Below, piece after piece: positions 1 through 16,600 of a stretch of DNA of 64,000 nt (its first letter is position 1; each line of letters starts with the position of its first letter). The notes below the pieces were generated by a model. The model was not told where the DNA came from and did not search any database. It saw only the letters and a program-made list of their open reading frames with translations. The stretch is from Guillardia theta CCMP2712 (taxonomy: Eukaryota; Protista; Cryptophyta). The stretch spans positions 242,636 to 306,635 of the forward strand of contig NW_005434582.1 in NCBI RefSeq assembly GCF_000315625.1, written 5' to 3'. The position numbers were made by a program, and so were the translations under genes.

Positions 1-400
1 TTCCTGCACCCACCCCTACCCCCACCCCCACCTCTCACACCCTACCCCCTGATGTAATTGCACCCTCATACCACTACCCTCCTTATGACCTCCAGCACCC
101 TATTTTCACCCCTGCGGAGCTAGTCGTACCCTTCATTAAACATCATTTCACCCGGTACCATGATGGCCCTGATGCGAATCCTGTAGGAAACATTTGCCTA
201 CCCCTGGTGTTGATTTTACTACCCCTCCTTGTATAACCCCTACCCGGAATTCCTAACGCTCAAACGTTCCACAAGAGCTTCCACAGAACGTTTGACCCTA
301 CCCTTGGTTCGACCCTATTCTCAGAGGAGGACTACCGGTATTAAAGTACCCCCACCCTCTCCAGAACCCACCCCTCACCCCCCACCCCCTTTTACTATAT
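1..400. repeat. TACCCC/CACCCC-rich strand-biased low-complexity tract
   Basis: Dense non-tandem ACCCC words on the + strand. The same texture occurs at about 23720-24490, 32750-32830, 40750-40830, 44180-44490, 50070-50165 and 57630-58260. Confidence 0.6.
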
Positions 401-773
401 CTCCGTGAATGCAGGGGCGATTTGAACTGCTGTACCAATTTATGTTTATGGACTAAAAAATATGTAAACTTGAATTTATTTTTGAAAACTTTTTTTTTGA
501 TGCCGCAAGTTGACTGCAATAGGAAACTACTTGATGAGAAGTTCTGCCCTACTATCTTACTTAGGTAAGTCCTGATGCGGGTGTCTTCGACATACATCTC
601 GATTGAGAATAAAAAAAAAGGGACTCGTCGCTGGCGCTGCGGCCATTATTAATTAAACTTGGCAGGAGAAAGAGGCCGCCTGTCTCTGATAAAGTGGGTC
701 CCATGATGTCGCCGATAGCCGTCAACTGAGAGAGGGGAACAGCTTGCAAAACTGATCAGAGTCGGACTCGGAG

Positions 774-2483
774 ATGAGATCTATCAGGTCGATGATATGG
801 AGGGGGAGGAAGGGATCATTCCTGCTTCGTGTGCTCCTTGCTCTCGTGCTCTTTTCTGCACTCCTCCAAGCCTTCTTCATCTCGAACCTTGGTCAAGCCG
901 GTGGATCTGAGGCTTCTCGCCGTCGTGCCAGCGAAGGTTGCAGTCTGAACGGGTATGTACACAGGTGTACCCGTCTGTCTGACATCCTCGAGGGGTTCGA
1001 CCGAGTCAAGTCGTACTTCTCCGAGTGGGTCGCAGGCTCGAGCCCGAGGTTGGACTGTTTGACTGACAGAGAATCACGGGGAGTTTGCAAGAAGGGAGAG
1101 TTTCTATGCCTGGACCCCGGCGCGCGTTTGCTGGATCAGAAGGTCTTGGACGAGAACAATGTGACGAGGAACTATTGCTTCCTCGAACGAATGTGGTCTT
1201 TATGTCAGCCGTCCAATTACGCGTCGAGCCGGCCTGACGATTGTTTGGACAGCGTCACATCGTATGGAGTTTGTGGAAAGGGAGAAAACCTCTGCGGGTG
1301 GGGGCAGCTCAACAAATTTTCTCCCTCGCTTCGAGCGAGGTTGCAGGTGCCCAAGGTGAAATCCAGGTGTATTGCTCAGGCTCTCCCTACAGGAGATGTC
1401 CATGTGGTCATTGCCATGAGAGATGCCTCGCCGACCATGAAGGTCGTCGAGGACATCGCCCTCATGGGGCTCACGAACAGCATCGTCTTCCTCTACAGGA
1501 GAGCGGACAGCGGACTCAACGTCGCCGGGACGGTATCATCCGCTCCGATCGCAGGCTTTCCTTGCGGGCTGACAGTCGTCGAGAAGTTGTTAGTTCCTAA
1601 CAGAGGCAACGAAGCTGCTGCCTATCTCGCACACATTGCGGAGTATTACGACAATCTCCCTTCCTTCCTCGTCTTCATGCACGACCACGGCATTCGTAGT
1701 TGGCACAGTGAGCTCAGGCCGATGTTCAAGAGGACTCGGGCTTTCTATCTCCTGATGGCCTCGAAACTCCAAGGAGCGGATGGGAAACCTGTCTATCCTG
1801 AGCTGTCACAGTTCCCTTCCTACCCGTACGTGCGGCGATTCACAGAGAACGTCGTCACTTTGAACAGTTGCTACTGCAGCAGGTTGAAGGAGCCTCTCTG
1901 CTGGGATAAGTACACTATGAACGCCTATGAAAGGGACACCAATCGAACGGTTCATGATCCTAAAAGCGAAGAGCTGCATCACAGGTGCAAACGGGTGGTA
2001 CAGTCCTTGAGGATCCAGAAGTCAAACCTCTCCCACTCAAACCTCTCCCAGTCTGAGGGCCCGGGCCCGGGACTCGAAGGTCGGCGACTCTTGTGGCAAG
2101 AGCCCCCCGAGGCCATTCAGCAATCCGACAAGATTTTCCGGAGGATTCTTGACAGGCGGGGGCAACCAAAGAGGATGCCAGACGGCGCTCAGGATGTGCC
2201 GTTCTGGTCCTGTTGCGCCATGTTCATCACGCAGGCAAGGCAAGTGCGAAGGCAGCCGAGGCAGTACTACCTGGAAAGCCTTGACGCGCTCTTGTCGACC
2301 AACCAACTTTCACACTTCACGGGGAGGTGGTTCGAGTTCAACTGGTATGAACTCCTTTTTGACCCTGCAGGCGGCTCAGACCCGTTGCGACCGAGACTGT
2401 ACCTGGAGATCGACGACGTCTATGCGGAAATCTATGATGAAAAGAACCCGCTGGAGGATTTACAGCAGTTTCTTGACGCCTGA
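774..2483 (+). CDS. DUF3431-family type II membrane protein (putative glycosyltransferase-like), intronless, 569 aa
   Basis: Clean ORF. N-terminal TM anchor (FLLRVLLALVLFSALLQAFFI). Motifs GNEAAAYLAHIAEYYDNLPSFLVFMHDH..WH, CCAMFITQARQVRRQPRQYY and GRWFEFNWYELLF match the DUF3431 pattern. Confidence 0.75.
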   Translation: MRSIRSMIWRGRKGSFLLRVLLALVLFSALLQAFFISNLGQAGGSEASRRRASEGCSLNGYVHRCTRLSDILEGFDRVKSYFSEWVAGSSPRLDCLTDRESRGVCKKGEFLCLDPGARLLDQKVLDENNVTRNYCFLERMWSLCQPSNYASSRPDDCLDSVTSYGVCGKGENLCGWGQLNKFSPSLRARLQVPKVKSRCIAQALPTGDVHVVIAMRDASPTMKVVEDIALMGLTNSIVFLYRRADSGLNVAGTVSSAPIAGFPCGLTVVEKLLVPNRGNEAAAYLAHIAEYYDNLPSFLVFMHDHGIRSWHSELRPMFKRTRAFYLLMASKLQGADGKPVYPELSQFPSYPYVRRFTENVVTLNSCYCSRLKEPLCWDKYTMNAYERDTNRTVHDPKSEELHHRCKRVVQSLRIQKSNLSHSNLSQSEGPGPGLEGRRLLWQEPPEAIQQSDKIFRRILDRRGQPKRMPDGAQDVPFWSCCAMFITQARQVRRQPRQYYLESLDALLSTNQLSHFTGRWFEFNWYELLFDPAGGSDPLRPRLYLEIDDVYAEIYDEKNPLEDLQQFLDA

Positions 2484-2979
2484 TGCTTTCGTGGTCGCAC
2501 CCTCCTGGCAAGACGTTGAAGTGAGTGGCTCCCTGTCAAAATCATCCCTGCCAGGCTCGACGCAAATGCCATTATTGCCTCTTTGCCGGCGGTCATGGCG
2601 GCTTGTAAGTTCACAGCCTGTCAACTTCACGTGGACCGTGCCCGGCGCAGTGCGCGGCGAACTGGTGGACATGGGAGCTCGGCGGGGGCGGACCCATCAT
2701 GTCCGAGGCAAGGTGGGCCGATCAGCCGGGCTGTGAATGACGATCAGCCGTTGAGCCCTAGCCTGTACAAAGTGCACAGTTCAAGAATACAAGCAAATCC
2801 TCCCGTACTTGCGTACCCCCCCGACGAGCGGAAGCAAACAGCCACTTCAATGCGGTGGCACCCACCGGTTGAACCGTGGGAATCCATGTCAGAGGCACAA
2901 GAACAGACTCTCCTGCTTGTCCTCGTTCTGACTTGACTTCACTTTTGGAGAAACTTGCGGAAGTAAGTTTAAGATGATC

Positions 2980-3780
2980 CCGGGAGACAGGCCCGGCCGG
3001 TTGAACCGTGACCGACGGTACCCCCCGGTGACCCGTCGGTGAAGAGTCCAAGGCTGGAACATGCCTGGGCCTGGTCACCTACCAGGCTAAAGCAACCTAG
3101 ACCACCCTCCAGCATTTGATTTGCCACGGCCCAAGTTTCGACCGGCGGCACCCTTCGGCCCGGAATCATTGAATGAGTGCCGTCGGTCGAAACTATCAGA
3201 ACTTCGCCGGAGGCCGCCCGGCCCACTCACCGTCGTGCTGACTCTGCCGGTGTGTTTCGACTCCTCGGGCCGAGTGACCACTGTGCGGCCTTTGCCACGG
3301 TGCACTCACGCCACCGCCGCCGGGGGCGTACGGTCACGCACAGGCTGCCGCGGCCGCCGCAGTGCGGAGTCCGACCGGGCCGGGGCCCGGCGGCCGTCCG
3401 TCCCGGCAACACTGCCCCGTGACGGCGGTGAGCAGTGGCACATGCAGTCACGAACGCATCCCCACGGGCCCACTCCCGGCCCGCCGGGCTTGAGAAACCG
3501 TGAACCGTACTACCGTACGGCCCGGTACTTCAAGACTAGTTCAGTTAGTACCACGGTAAACTTCGTACGGTGCCCCGACTCCGAGTGTCTGCACCTTCGG
3601 GCTGCCAGCAGTGACAGCCTCGCCGTCCGACCGTGCGGCAGCCGCATCCCGGGGCCCCGTCACGGTAACTCAGTAAGTTACTCGGCGGATCGGACGGTCG
3701 CCGCTGGGGGCTCAGTGGGGGTCCGGCCCGCCGGGATGCGATGACTCGGGCTCTGAGGCAGACTATCAACTGCAGGCGTT
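2980..3780. other. GC-rich palindromic-word intergenic island 1
   Basis: High density of CCGG, GGGCCC, GACTC/GAGTC, GTGAC/GTCAC, CTCAG and GTAC. ORFs across it are R/P/G-rich and not protein-like. Confidence 0.6.
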
Positions 3781-3825
3781 TCCAGTAGTCAACCGCCAGC
3801 AGCAGCTCAGGGCCTATGGGGGGGG

Positions 3826-4035
<210 letters not shown>

Positions 4036-4653
4036 GGTGAACGAGAGGAGACGAGAGTGATAATGATCAGTGATGGAGACGAGAGGATGATGAAGAAGAA
4101 GGGGAGGACGGAGGAGGAGAAGGAAGAGGAACTTGAAGAGGAGGAAGAAAAAGAAGAGAGAAGCCGAGAGAGTCACGAACAGATCATGAGGAGGAGAGAG
4201 AGCAGGAGCAGGAGGGGAAAGAGAAACAAGAAGTCAGGAAGTGAAGTGAAGTGAAATAGGCAGCAGAGAGAGTAGAGAAGAGAACGGGGAGTGAAGATAG
4301 GGAAAGCGAGAGAAATGGGAGAGGGGAGAGGGGAGAGGGGAGAGGGGAGAGGTGTGTCAATACATTCCGGTCACCAAGGAGCACATAACAGCTCGGTTGT
4401 CTTCCCTAGAGTGACTTTTACCAGCAGAGTAGTCGATGGTCTGAAGAGGATCAGGTGAATCTGTGACGAAAAGCAGCACGAGGAGATCGAGGGAGGAGCG
4501 AGTAAGAGCAGGAGGGGAGCGGGTCAAGGAGTCAAGCTTCATCGTCAAGGTCTCTCCTCGACATCGTCGTCAGCCTCCCAGCCTTGTGCTCGTCTCCTCC
4601 GCGTCGGGATGGAGAATGCGGGAGATGAAGTCAGGGGGTCAGGGGTCAGGGGC

Positions 4654-5611
4654 ATGAGGCCGCCAAAGTCACTTCCGGTCAGCTCGAGATCCTCGAGCCG
4701 AGCAGGCAGCCGGGCAGAGGGTGAAGAGGGGAGGAGGGTTTTAGGAGGAGAGGAAGGAAGAGACAGGCGGACGAGGACGGTAGCGGAGGCGACGAGAGTG
4801 CTGCCCTCACGATCGATGAGCCGCACGACACTCAGCGAGGGCAGGGGAGGCTCTGTGTCAAGGGGGGGGAGCAGAGGGAGCGAGAGAGGAGGGGAGAGCG
4901 CGAGGGGAGGGGAGGCAGCGATGAAGCAGGAAGGGAAGCATCAGCCTTCACTGGGAACTGAGACGAGGCGCAAAAAACGAACTCAGCTCGAGCTGGAGGA
5001 GCTGAAGCAGAAGCTGCATGACGACGAGGGGAGACCGTTCAGCCGGCTGCAGAAGCACCTGCTGGACAAGCAGGAGGAGGACGAGAAGCTGTCGCTGCAG
5101 CAGGCTCTTCTTGACGCCACTGGGATGTCGCTGTCGGAAGGGGCGATGGAGGAGCTGGGGAGGCTGAGCGGAACTTATCGAGACTATTCGAAGATCCTCA
5201 ACAGCCTGTGGGATGAAAGAATGTTACATAGACAGACTGAGGTGGAGGAGAAGCGCAAGGGCCCCTCCCACGCTCCCCGCTACCTCTTCTTCTACAACCG
5301 ACCTGCGGGCTTCTACAACGACAACATCGAGCCCTCCCCTCACTTCTACGGGGTGAAGAAGAGCAGCTCGAGTGTGCGGTACAACCTCTTCACCAACGAG
5401 AGGACGGACATGCTGGCCAAGACCCTCCCTCGCTCCTTCGTCGACCGCCTCGATGCCGAGATGAAGATTGTTCCTGCCAATCACCCCGTGACCAAACGAC
5501 CTCTCGACCCCTGGCTGTGCCATCTCTCCATAGGGCAGGTATGACCCCTCCTCCCTCCCATCTAGAGCTGACTATGCCTCTCCTCCTTCCTCTCCTTCTT
5601 CTCTCACTCCC

Positions 5612-5652
<41 letters not shown>

Positions 5653-5832
5653 CTTCTCCTTCTCGCTCGGCAGGGCAAGAAGTGCATGAATGTCGTCGAG
5701 CCGCTCGGGTCGCACCATGGAGTTCACAGGCGCCGCGAGGGCGAGGGAGCTCTCCCCACCATCTCCGTCTGCTTCTCGCGGTTTCACAAGGGATACTGGC
5801 CGGGAGCAGAGAAGTTGAACATGATCGTGTAG
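4654..5832 (+). CDS. Hypothetical protein, 2 or more exons (about 4654-5538 and 5674-5832); start uncertain
   Basis: Coding-like ORF with an R/G-rich N-terminus and a globular C-terminal part. A phase-0 GT-AG intron at 5539-5673 joins ...LSIGQ to GKKCMNVVEP...KLNMIV*. Confidence 0.6.
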
Positions 5833-6065
5833 GAGAGGAGAGGAGAGGAGAGGAGAGGAGAGGAGAGGAGAGGAGAGGAGAGGAGAGGAGAGGAGAGGAG
5901 AGGAGAGCAGAGCAGAGCAGAGCAGAGCAGAGCAGAGGAGGGGAGGGGAGGGGAGGGGAGAGGGGAGGAACGAGGGAATTGGATAGAATAGGACAAGTGT
6001 GAAGAGTGATAACAAAACAAGGTTATGAGCCGCTATCTCACAGACGAGACGAGATGTCTTTGTTC

Positions 6066-9019
<2,954 letters not shown>

Positions 9020-9411
9020 CGTAGAGGTTGAGAATTTTCTCCCCTTTTTCAGGTCACTCTACTTGTAGCTCATGGTCCAAAGCGTTCTCCTGCCTGTCAT
9101 AACCTGTAAGTTCAAACCAAGAGGCAACAACGTACAATCGTTCGATTTCATACTAATTGATCCCGATAAAGCACTTCCTCCAACGCTCTTGCTTCCTTTC
9201 TTCTCTCTTTGACCTCGTGTGCGTGTTTGTGGATGATTCCTCCAAGATAGTCTCTAGATGCCTTATCCCTCTCTGCGCTGCTGATCTCATAATATTTGCT
9301 CTTCCCATTCACCGCTAATTCTCCTGACCCTTATTGCATCAGGGGCGCTAGTGTTGTCATTCTTCTTCTTTCTCCTCTTCTTTCATCCTTCCCTCTTCTC
9401 TTCTCATCTGT

Positions 9412-9790
9412 TCTCGTCTCGTCTCGTCTCGTCTCGTCTCGTCTCGTCTCGTCTCTTCTCGTCCCGTCCCGTCCCGTCCCGTCCCGTCCCGTCCCGTCCC
9501 GTCCCGTCCCGTCCCCTCTCCTCTCCTCTCCTCTCCTCTCCTCTCCTCTCCTCTCCTCTCCTCTCCTCTCCTCTCATCTCATCTCATCTCATCTCATCTC
9601 TTCTCATCTCATCTCATCTCATCTCATCTCTTCCTTCTCATCTCATCTCTTCTCATCTCATCTCATCTCATCTCATCTCATCTCATCTCATCTCATCTCT
9701 TCTCATCTCATCTCATCTCATCTCTTCTCATCTCATCTCATCTCATCTCATCTCATCTCATCTCATCTCATCTCATCTCATCTCTTCTCG
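9412..9790. repeat. Compound pentanucleotide array (TCTCG)n-(TCCCG)n-(TCTCC)n-(TCTCA)n
   Basis: Directly visible in the sequence. Confidence 0.95.
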
Positions 9791-9879
9791 CTTCTGCATG
9801 TTTCTGGTCGGCCTCCCCCATTTTGTTGGTCGGGGTAAGGGCATCTGAGGCAGACTCTTAAAGGAACGATGTGAATGTC

Positions 9880-10215
9880 CCCGCCCGGCGGGCCGGGGCA
9901 GACCGTCACTTGTCCGTCACTCACTGAGAGCCTGAGCCCTCCCCGTCCGCGACGGTTGTGCGGCCGCCGCCGCGGTTGGGCCCGGCAGTACTGATGGTAT
10001 GTCATTCTATCCGGTGCCTACCATAGTGGTGAGGCTGGGCCCTGCCCAACTTGCTGAGTGTCTGGAGGCCGGGCCCTCGTGCCACTGAGGGCAACGGGGC
10101 CGACCTTGACCAGGTGGAACTTCCAAGGGCCCAGCCGGGACCGAACGGCGGGCCCTCCTCAATAACCCGGCTCGGTGCTCAGCCTGAGCGACTCACTGAG
10201 GCTAGCGGCTGAGCG
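9880..10215. other. GC-rich palindromic-word intergenic island 2 (between divergent ABC-F and CFAP47)
   Basis: CCGG, GGGCCC, GTCAC, CTGAG and GACTC words, e.g. gtcactcactgagagcctgag and gactcactgag. Confidence 0.6.
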
Positions 10216-10313
10216 GAACCTGCAGAGCAACCTGCTCATTAACCGTATTGAGCGGGGATGAGGGGCTGTAGGGCCGTTGAATCATGAGAGAGCGTTGAGT
10301 AGGAATGGGGAGA

Positions 10314-10344
<31 letters not shown>

Positions 10345-10381
10345 GAGGAGGAGGAGAGAGGAGGAGGAGGAGGAGGAGGAG

Positions 10382-10418
<37 letters not shown>

Positions 10419-10604
10419 AGAGGGAGAGAGAGAGAGGGAGGGAGAGAGAGAGAGAGCAAGAGGGAGAGCGAGAGCGAACGATTGGCTGTAGAGAGATGGA
10501 GGAATGGTAGGGCAAACGTTTGCTCCTTGTGTTTGATCTAACAGTCTTGGCGCTTCATCAATATTTCTTGTGAGCTGACGTTTCACCTCAGCGCAGCTGT
10601 CGAC

Positions 10605-13600
10605 ATGCCGTATCCCGACCCGCGGGACCTCACCAACGCCAGCGTTGGCAGTAGCGTCCGTCCTCGCGCTGCCATGCGGGACCTGCGGGCCTCTCAGACT
10701 CTCACAGTGAACAGGGAGATGAGTATCAGCGGGGACGCTCTTCGGGTGTATCCTGCGGTGACCTGCGACGTCTCCTCTCCATCTCCTCACGTGGACTGCA
10801 GGAGGTCGAGTTCAAGGACACGAGCCCGAACGTGCCGCACATTCTCACCATGACGATCATGAACAAGAGCGATCATGTCAAGCGAGTCCGCCTGGTCCAA
10901 CCCAAATTGAAAGAGTTCAAGTTGCATCATATCCCTACCGTCTGTCCTCCTTCCCCTCCCCCTCTGCCTCTGACTGCTCCATCAGGTCCCCATCGCCCCT
11001 GGGCTGGAGATCAGCGTTGACGTCGAGTACCTGTCGCCGCTGGACCAAGACTTCAAGGACGAGATCCAAGTCCTCTGCGACTCAGACTGCATTCGCGTCC
11101 CCGTCTACGCCAGGAAGGCAGCAGCTGACATTCGCTTCGAGCAGTACTGCAACTTCGGCTCAGGTGAGGCGTGCTCGCTCCCTCGCGCGGATGACGTTGA
11201 GTCAGTGTCCCCGGGCTCCCACAACATCCGGTACGTTGACATCATCAACCATGGATCCAAGGCTGCAGACTTCGAGTTCGTAGCCGACTCGGACCTCAGG
11301 TACGCCTCCTCTCCTTCTCTTCCTCTCCTCCTCTCCTTCTCTTCCTCTCCTCCTCTCCTCCTCTCCTCCTCTCCTCCTCTCCTCCTCCCCTCCTCCTCTC
11401 CTCCTCTCCTCCTCCTCTCCTCCTCTCTCCTCACCCCCTCCCGCAGCTTCGCCATAGAGCCAATGGTTGGCCGCCTGGGACCCGCAGGGACGGAAGACTG
11501 CTGCCTGCGCCTGAAAGTCTCGCTGAAAGCCAACGACGTGGCGCTGCTGAGGAACATCCTCCGACTCAACGTGGACGGTCAACCGCGGGGGCAGATCCTC
11601 GACATCAACGCACTCGTCACCAAGCACAGCATCGAGATCTTGTCGCAGGACGGGACCGGCAAGGTGGACTTCCTTCAGTTCGGCTCCTTGTACTGCGGTG
11701 AGCGACGAGACTTCGAGGTCCTCGTCCTCAACGACGGGCCCACCGAGTCGGAGGTGCGGGTGAGCATCTCGGCTGACACTGAGGACAAGGCGCAAGGCTG
11801 GGTCATCACCCCCAACCAGATGCTCATGCAGGCGAGGGAGCAGCGGCTCGTGACCGTCACCTTCTGCCCGCCCCTGGTCACGTACCACAAGGGCTTCAAG
11901 ACTCAGCTTCTCTCCCTGTCGCACAGGGAGGAGTACGAGGCCATCGTGACGTTGCAAGGCAAGGGGTCAGGGGACCTGCTCAACTCGAGCCTGAGGGTGC
12001 TGGGCCGCTCGTTCCAGCCCTCCGTGTCTCTGTCGCACAACGACCTCTGCTTCCTCGACACCCCCACACACGGGAACCGCGAGCTGACGGCCACCATCAA
12101 GAACGAGCACGACGAGATGCCCGTCCTCTTCAGCATCCCGAGGATCCCGCACTTCAAGTGCCGGCCCTCTGCTGGGACCCTCCTGCCTATGCAGTCCATG
12201 GAGCTCGTGCTCTCCTTCTCGCCAAACCAGCTCGGTCGACATCGAGGCGCGTTCGTGATCTCGTTCAAGGGAACGTCGAAGCAGGTCGTCGAGACGGCAG
12301 AGCTGCGGGTGGTTGGGCGGTGCGATCAAGTCGGGAGCAAGAGGGACATGGTGGGAGGGCCTCTCGCGACCGACGTCGACTTCGCTCCCAAGTTCCACTT
12401 CCAGCACCCCGACGACGCGCACAAGGTGAAAGCGAGCAAGAAGAAGTTCAGCCGGCAGCTCTTCTGGCAGCAGCACCCGCCGGAATACAACGAGAGGACC
12501 GCGCACCTAACTCACGACGCCGAGACCTTCGAGAAGATCTGGAAGAACCGAGTCAAGTACGCTGACTTCCTCAGCAACGCTCACTCGAAGCGAATGAAGG
12601 TCGAAACCTTCCCTGAGAGCTTCCAGTTCGCTCTCGGCAACCAAGACGCCTCCCCCGACCTCACCGACCCTGACTATCAGAAGCCCTCCAAGGACATGGG
12701 CATGTTCGGCCTCCCCATGGCCGGGATCCCTTCGCACCTGACGCTACAAGAGCCGCAGCTGAAGATGCCCAAGGAGGAGGAGGCGCTCTATCTCAAGAGC
12801 TCCACCCTCAAGGGAACCCTCCTCAAGCCCAGGACCCTCGCGTTGAACGAGGATAGGCTGATCTCCAAGAAATTCAAGTCAGCACCGTCCAGCAAGCAGG
12901 AGAAACTAGACTGTCAAGTGCACCTGCAACCCCAGGACATCTTGTGTATCAGCACCTTCCCTCCCAGCATGGACTTCGGATCGATCTGCATCCAGGCCGA
13001 CGTCTCCAAATCCTTCTTCGTCTCCAACAACACCTCTCGAAACATCCTCGTGCGCATCGACACGGACGGCAACAGTGCTCTCAGTCGCTCGAAGCCGACG
13101 AGTCAAGTCATCCCCCCGTCTGCCACCGCTGGCTTCGACATCACCATCTACCTTGAGAGCCAGGCCGACATCAGCACCAAGTTCCGCTACGTCATCAACG
13201 AGCATCACGCGTACGAGGTTGCGGTGAAGGCAGAGGCTGTTCCCGTCATGCTGCACGTCTCCAAGACGCGAATCAACTTCTCCTTCCCCCCCACCAGCAT
13301 GGAGCCCGTCATCACTGAGTCCTTCCACATGACCAACCCCTCCAACAACGCGGCCCAGTACAAGATTGAGCAGGGGGAGCACTTCAAGACCTTCCCCTCC
13401 GACGGCATTGTCGAGCCCATGAGCACAGAAGAGATCATGGTGACCTACCGTCCCGGGCAGGAGTGCAAGCACGAGCAGACGCTGAGCATCTCGGTGACAG
13501 GAGGAGCGATCATCCCCCTCCTCTGCTCGGGCGAGGTCGAGGAGAGTCACGCGCAGCTGAAGCAGAAGTCCATCGACATGGGGGTCGTGTCAGCTGGGCA

Positions 13601-16600
13601 AGTCTGCACCAGGTCGTTCGCGCTCTCGTGCACGGGAGGGTCGAGTACGGCCTTCTTCATCGACACCAACGAGATGAGGGCGCGAGCGCCGGGGCTGACG
13701 GTGACGCCGGAGAAGGGGCTGGTGACGCCCGGGACCAACTCGGTGATCTCAGTGTCAGTCAAGAGCGACAGGAGCGTCAAGATCGATGACGTCATCATCA
13801 TTCAGATCCGAGGGTCGAAGACGCTGAGGGTGACGGTCAAGGCGGAAGTGATCCTCCCCCGCGTCGAGATCAAGGAGGACGAGATCGACTTCGGGACGGT
13901 CTACATCGGAGCCGTCGCGGTCAGGTCGATTCAGCTGCAGAACCTGAGCTCCATCACGGCGAGACTCTTCCTGGACCTGAGAAGATATCCGGAGTTCTCC
14001 GTTACCCTCCCCGAGGTGTGGGACTACGACACGGTGCTGGCCAAGAGGGACGAGGAGGAAGCAGAAGAGGAAGCAGAAATCTCGCAGCTGAGACCTGGGG
14101 AGCTGACCAACTTCCGCATCCCCCCCAAGGATCAAGGGACCCTGACCATCACGTACGCCCCCACCAAGCTGAGCAAGCACGCGATCGAGCTCCCCCTGGG
14201 GCTTCAGGACATCTCCTCCTCCACCACCAAGAACCTCAGGCGCGTGCTCTTGGCCGAGGCCAAGAAGCCCCGGCTGTTACTCTCCACCACCTCGCTCGAG
14301 TTCTCGAAGCGAGTTGTGGTCAACGCCAACATGAAGGGCGTATCCTACGTCATGACCCTCCAGGTCACTCACTGCGACGACCACCCCTCCTCCATCCTCG
14401 CCTACCTCGACGGCCCGGACGCCAAGGCCGGGAGCTTCAGGATGGAGCGGGTCGAGGCGCATCTGGACCATCGCAAGTCACTGGAGCTGAAAGTTCACTT
14501 CGTGCCGACCTCCAACATCGAGTACGACTGCGAGCTGCTCATCTTTCTCAACTCCGAGCCCTCCCCCTACTTCTCCGTCCACGTTCACGGCACCGGCACC
14601 TTCCCCCGGCTGGAGTTCGACCGGCGGGAGGTGCTCCTGCCAACGACTCCCTGCGGCATCCCGAGCGAAGTGACGTTCTTCATCATCAACCACGGCTACG
14701 ACAACCTGGACATCAAGTACAAGCTTCCCGCTGACACAGCCGTTATCCCCCTCTCCTTCTCCTTCCCCCTCGGCACCATCACCAGCGTCATGCGGACGAG
14801 GATACCGGTGCAAGTGTCCTTCACCTACCCCAAGAGCCTCTCGTTCAGCAGCAAGGTCTGCTTCTTCGACGACCACGGCAACGAGTTCAGCATCCTCATC
14901 GCGGGGAGAACCGACGCTTGCTTCCTCAGCGTCTTCCCCTTCATCACCCTCCACGGGGCCGACTGCAAGATCCTCCCCAAGTCCGGCAAGGGGCCGACGG
15001 CTGAGGTGTCGGGAACGAAGATGGCGGTGATGAGCAAGGAAGGGACGATCGAGCTGGAGGAGAAGGAGGAGGTCAAGTCGAGGCAGAGGCTGGCAGACCT
15101 CATCCCCAACAACGAGTTCCTCTGCGAGTGCTCCGTGCTGGCCGAGCCCTCCTCCAAGGACCTGCTGGTGAAGTGGATCAACCTCTCCCTGCTGCGGCAG
15201 CCCATGCAGAGGTTTCCGGAGGAGCTGATCAAGAGCAAGGGCCGCCAGCTTGTACAGCTGGTGGAGACGTTCACGGGAAAGAGCATCCTCCCCAAAGACA
15301 AGACCTCGCAGGCTCGCAGAACCCCCGCAAACCGCAAGGAGGAGGCGGAGGAGGAGCGCATGTGGTACGAGGAGTTCCTCGCCTTCCTCAAGACCTCCGG
15401 CGCTCTGATCGACGTCATCCGACCCGAGTACCTGCTGCACTACGACCTCTTCCAGAAGCTCGTGCTGGACAAGAGCTCGGAGTCGTACTCGGAGGAGCAG
15501 CACAAGTACTATGACAGGTACTACGAGCTGATCAACACAGGGAGCTGGCTGTTGCTGACCTATCAAGTGATCAAGCTCTTCAGCTTCAACCGCATAACCC
15601 CCAGCCTCGTCAGGAGCATGCCCATGGTCGACGCCAAGACCATCAAGCTCTCCTCCCAGCTCACCAGCAACGTTTACAGCAACTCGGAGCTGCTGCTTCT
15701 CAGCTGGCTGGCGTATCACAACGAGCGCATGGTCCCGACTGAGAAGGCCAACCTCCTCAACTTCGACCTCGACCTGCATGACGGGCGCGTCATTGCCTAC
15801 CTGATCTCCTCCCACGTCCCCTCCCTCAAGTCCATGCTCTCCGGCCTCAAGCGCGCTGACGACAGAGCCCAGCAGCTCTCCAACATCCACAACGTCAGCA
15901 GCGCCATCCGTCACATCGGGCTTCCCTTCTCCCTCGAGCCCAGTCACTTCGTGGAGGCCCCGGCCCGCGACCTCATCCTCTTCTGCATGTACCTCTTCGA
16001 GAACCTCCCGGGCTTCGTGCCCAAGGCCCTGGTGGAGTTCGACGGATGTCTCAACGAGACAGTGACGCGCTCGATCGAGCTCAAGAACCCCAGCAACAAG
16101 CAGCTCGTCTACTCCGTTCACGTCGACGGCTCCTCGGAGTTCGTGTGCGCCAAGAGCGTGAAGATGCTGCCGGGGAAGAAGACGGTCTTCCCCATCAGCA
16201 TCACCCACAGCTCGAGGAAGACCGCGGAGGGCCAAATCTACTTCATCGGCGAGCAGATGGCGGGGAATACGACGGGGGCGACGCTAGTGTTCACGTTGCG
16301 GTCAGTGGTGAAGTCGTTCAAGAGAAGTGAAGTGATGGAGCGAGAGGCGAAGCTGTACGAGCAAGTTCTGTTCGAGATCCCCGTGCTCAATGACACGGAC
16401 GTCGACACTGAGGTGCAGGTGACGCTGTCCAACTTCAAGGATTCCATGCACGAAGACCTGTCGAGCTCCAAGAACAGAGGGCAGAAGGTGCGGCGAGGGA
16501 AGGGAGGCGACATGGTCACGTCCTCCGCTCTGCTGCCGGAGCGAACCTTCTGGCTGAGGAACGGGCAGGACAAGCTCAAGGTGAAGAGGAATTCATCCAT

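Noticed and set aside
1-400. Telomeric repeat
   Set aside because: ACCCC words are irregular rather than a tandem CCCTAA-type unit, and the same texture occurs internally.
3121-3744. 207-aa ORF and similar R/P/G-rich ORFs over islands (e.g. 50169-50451, 34321-34691)
   Set aside because: By-products of GC-rich, stop-poor palindromic sequence, with no domain-like content or coding codon pattern.
14478-16235. 585-aa antisense ORF and other shadow ORFs over CFAP47
   Set aside because: Expected mirror frames of a high-GC3 coding strand.
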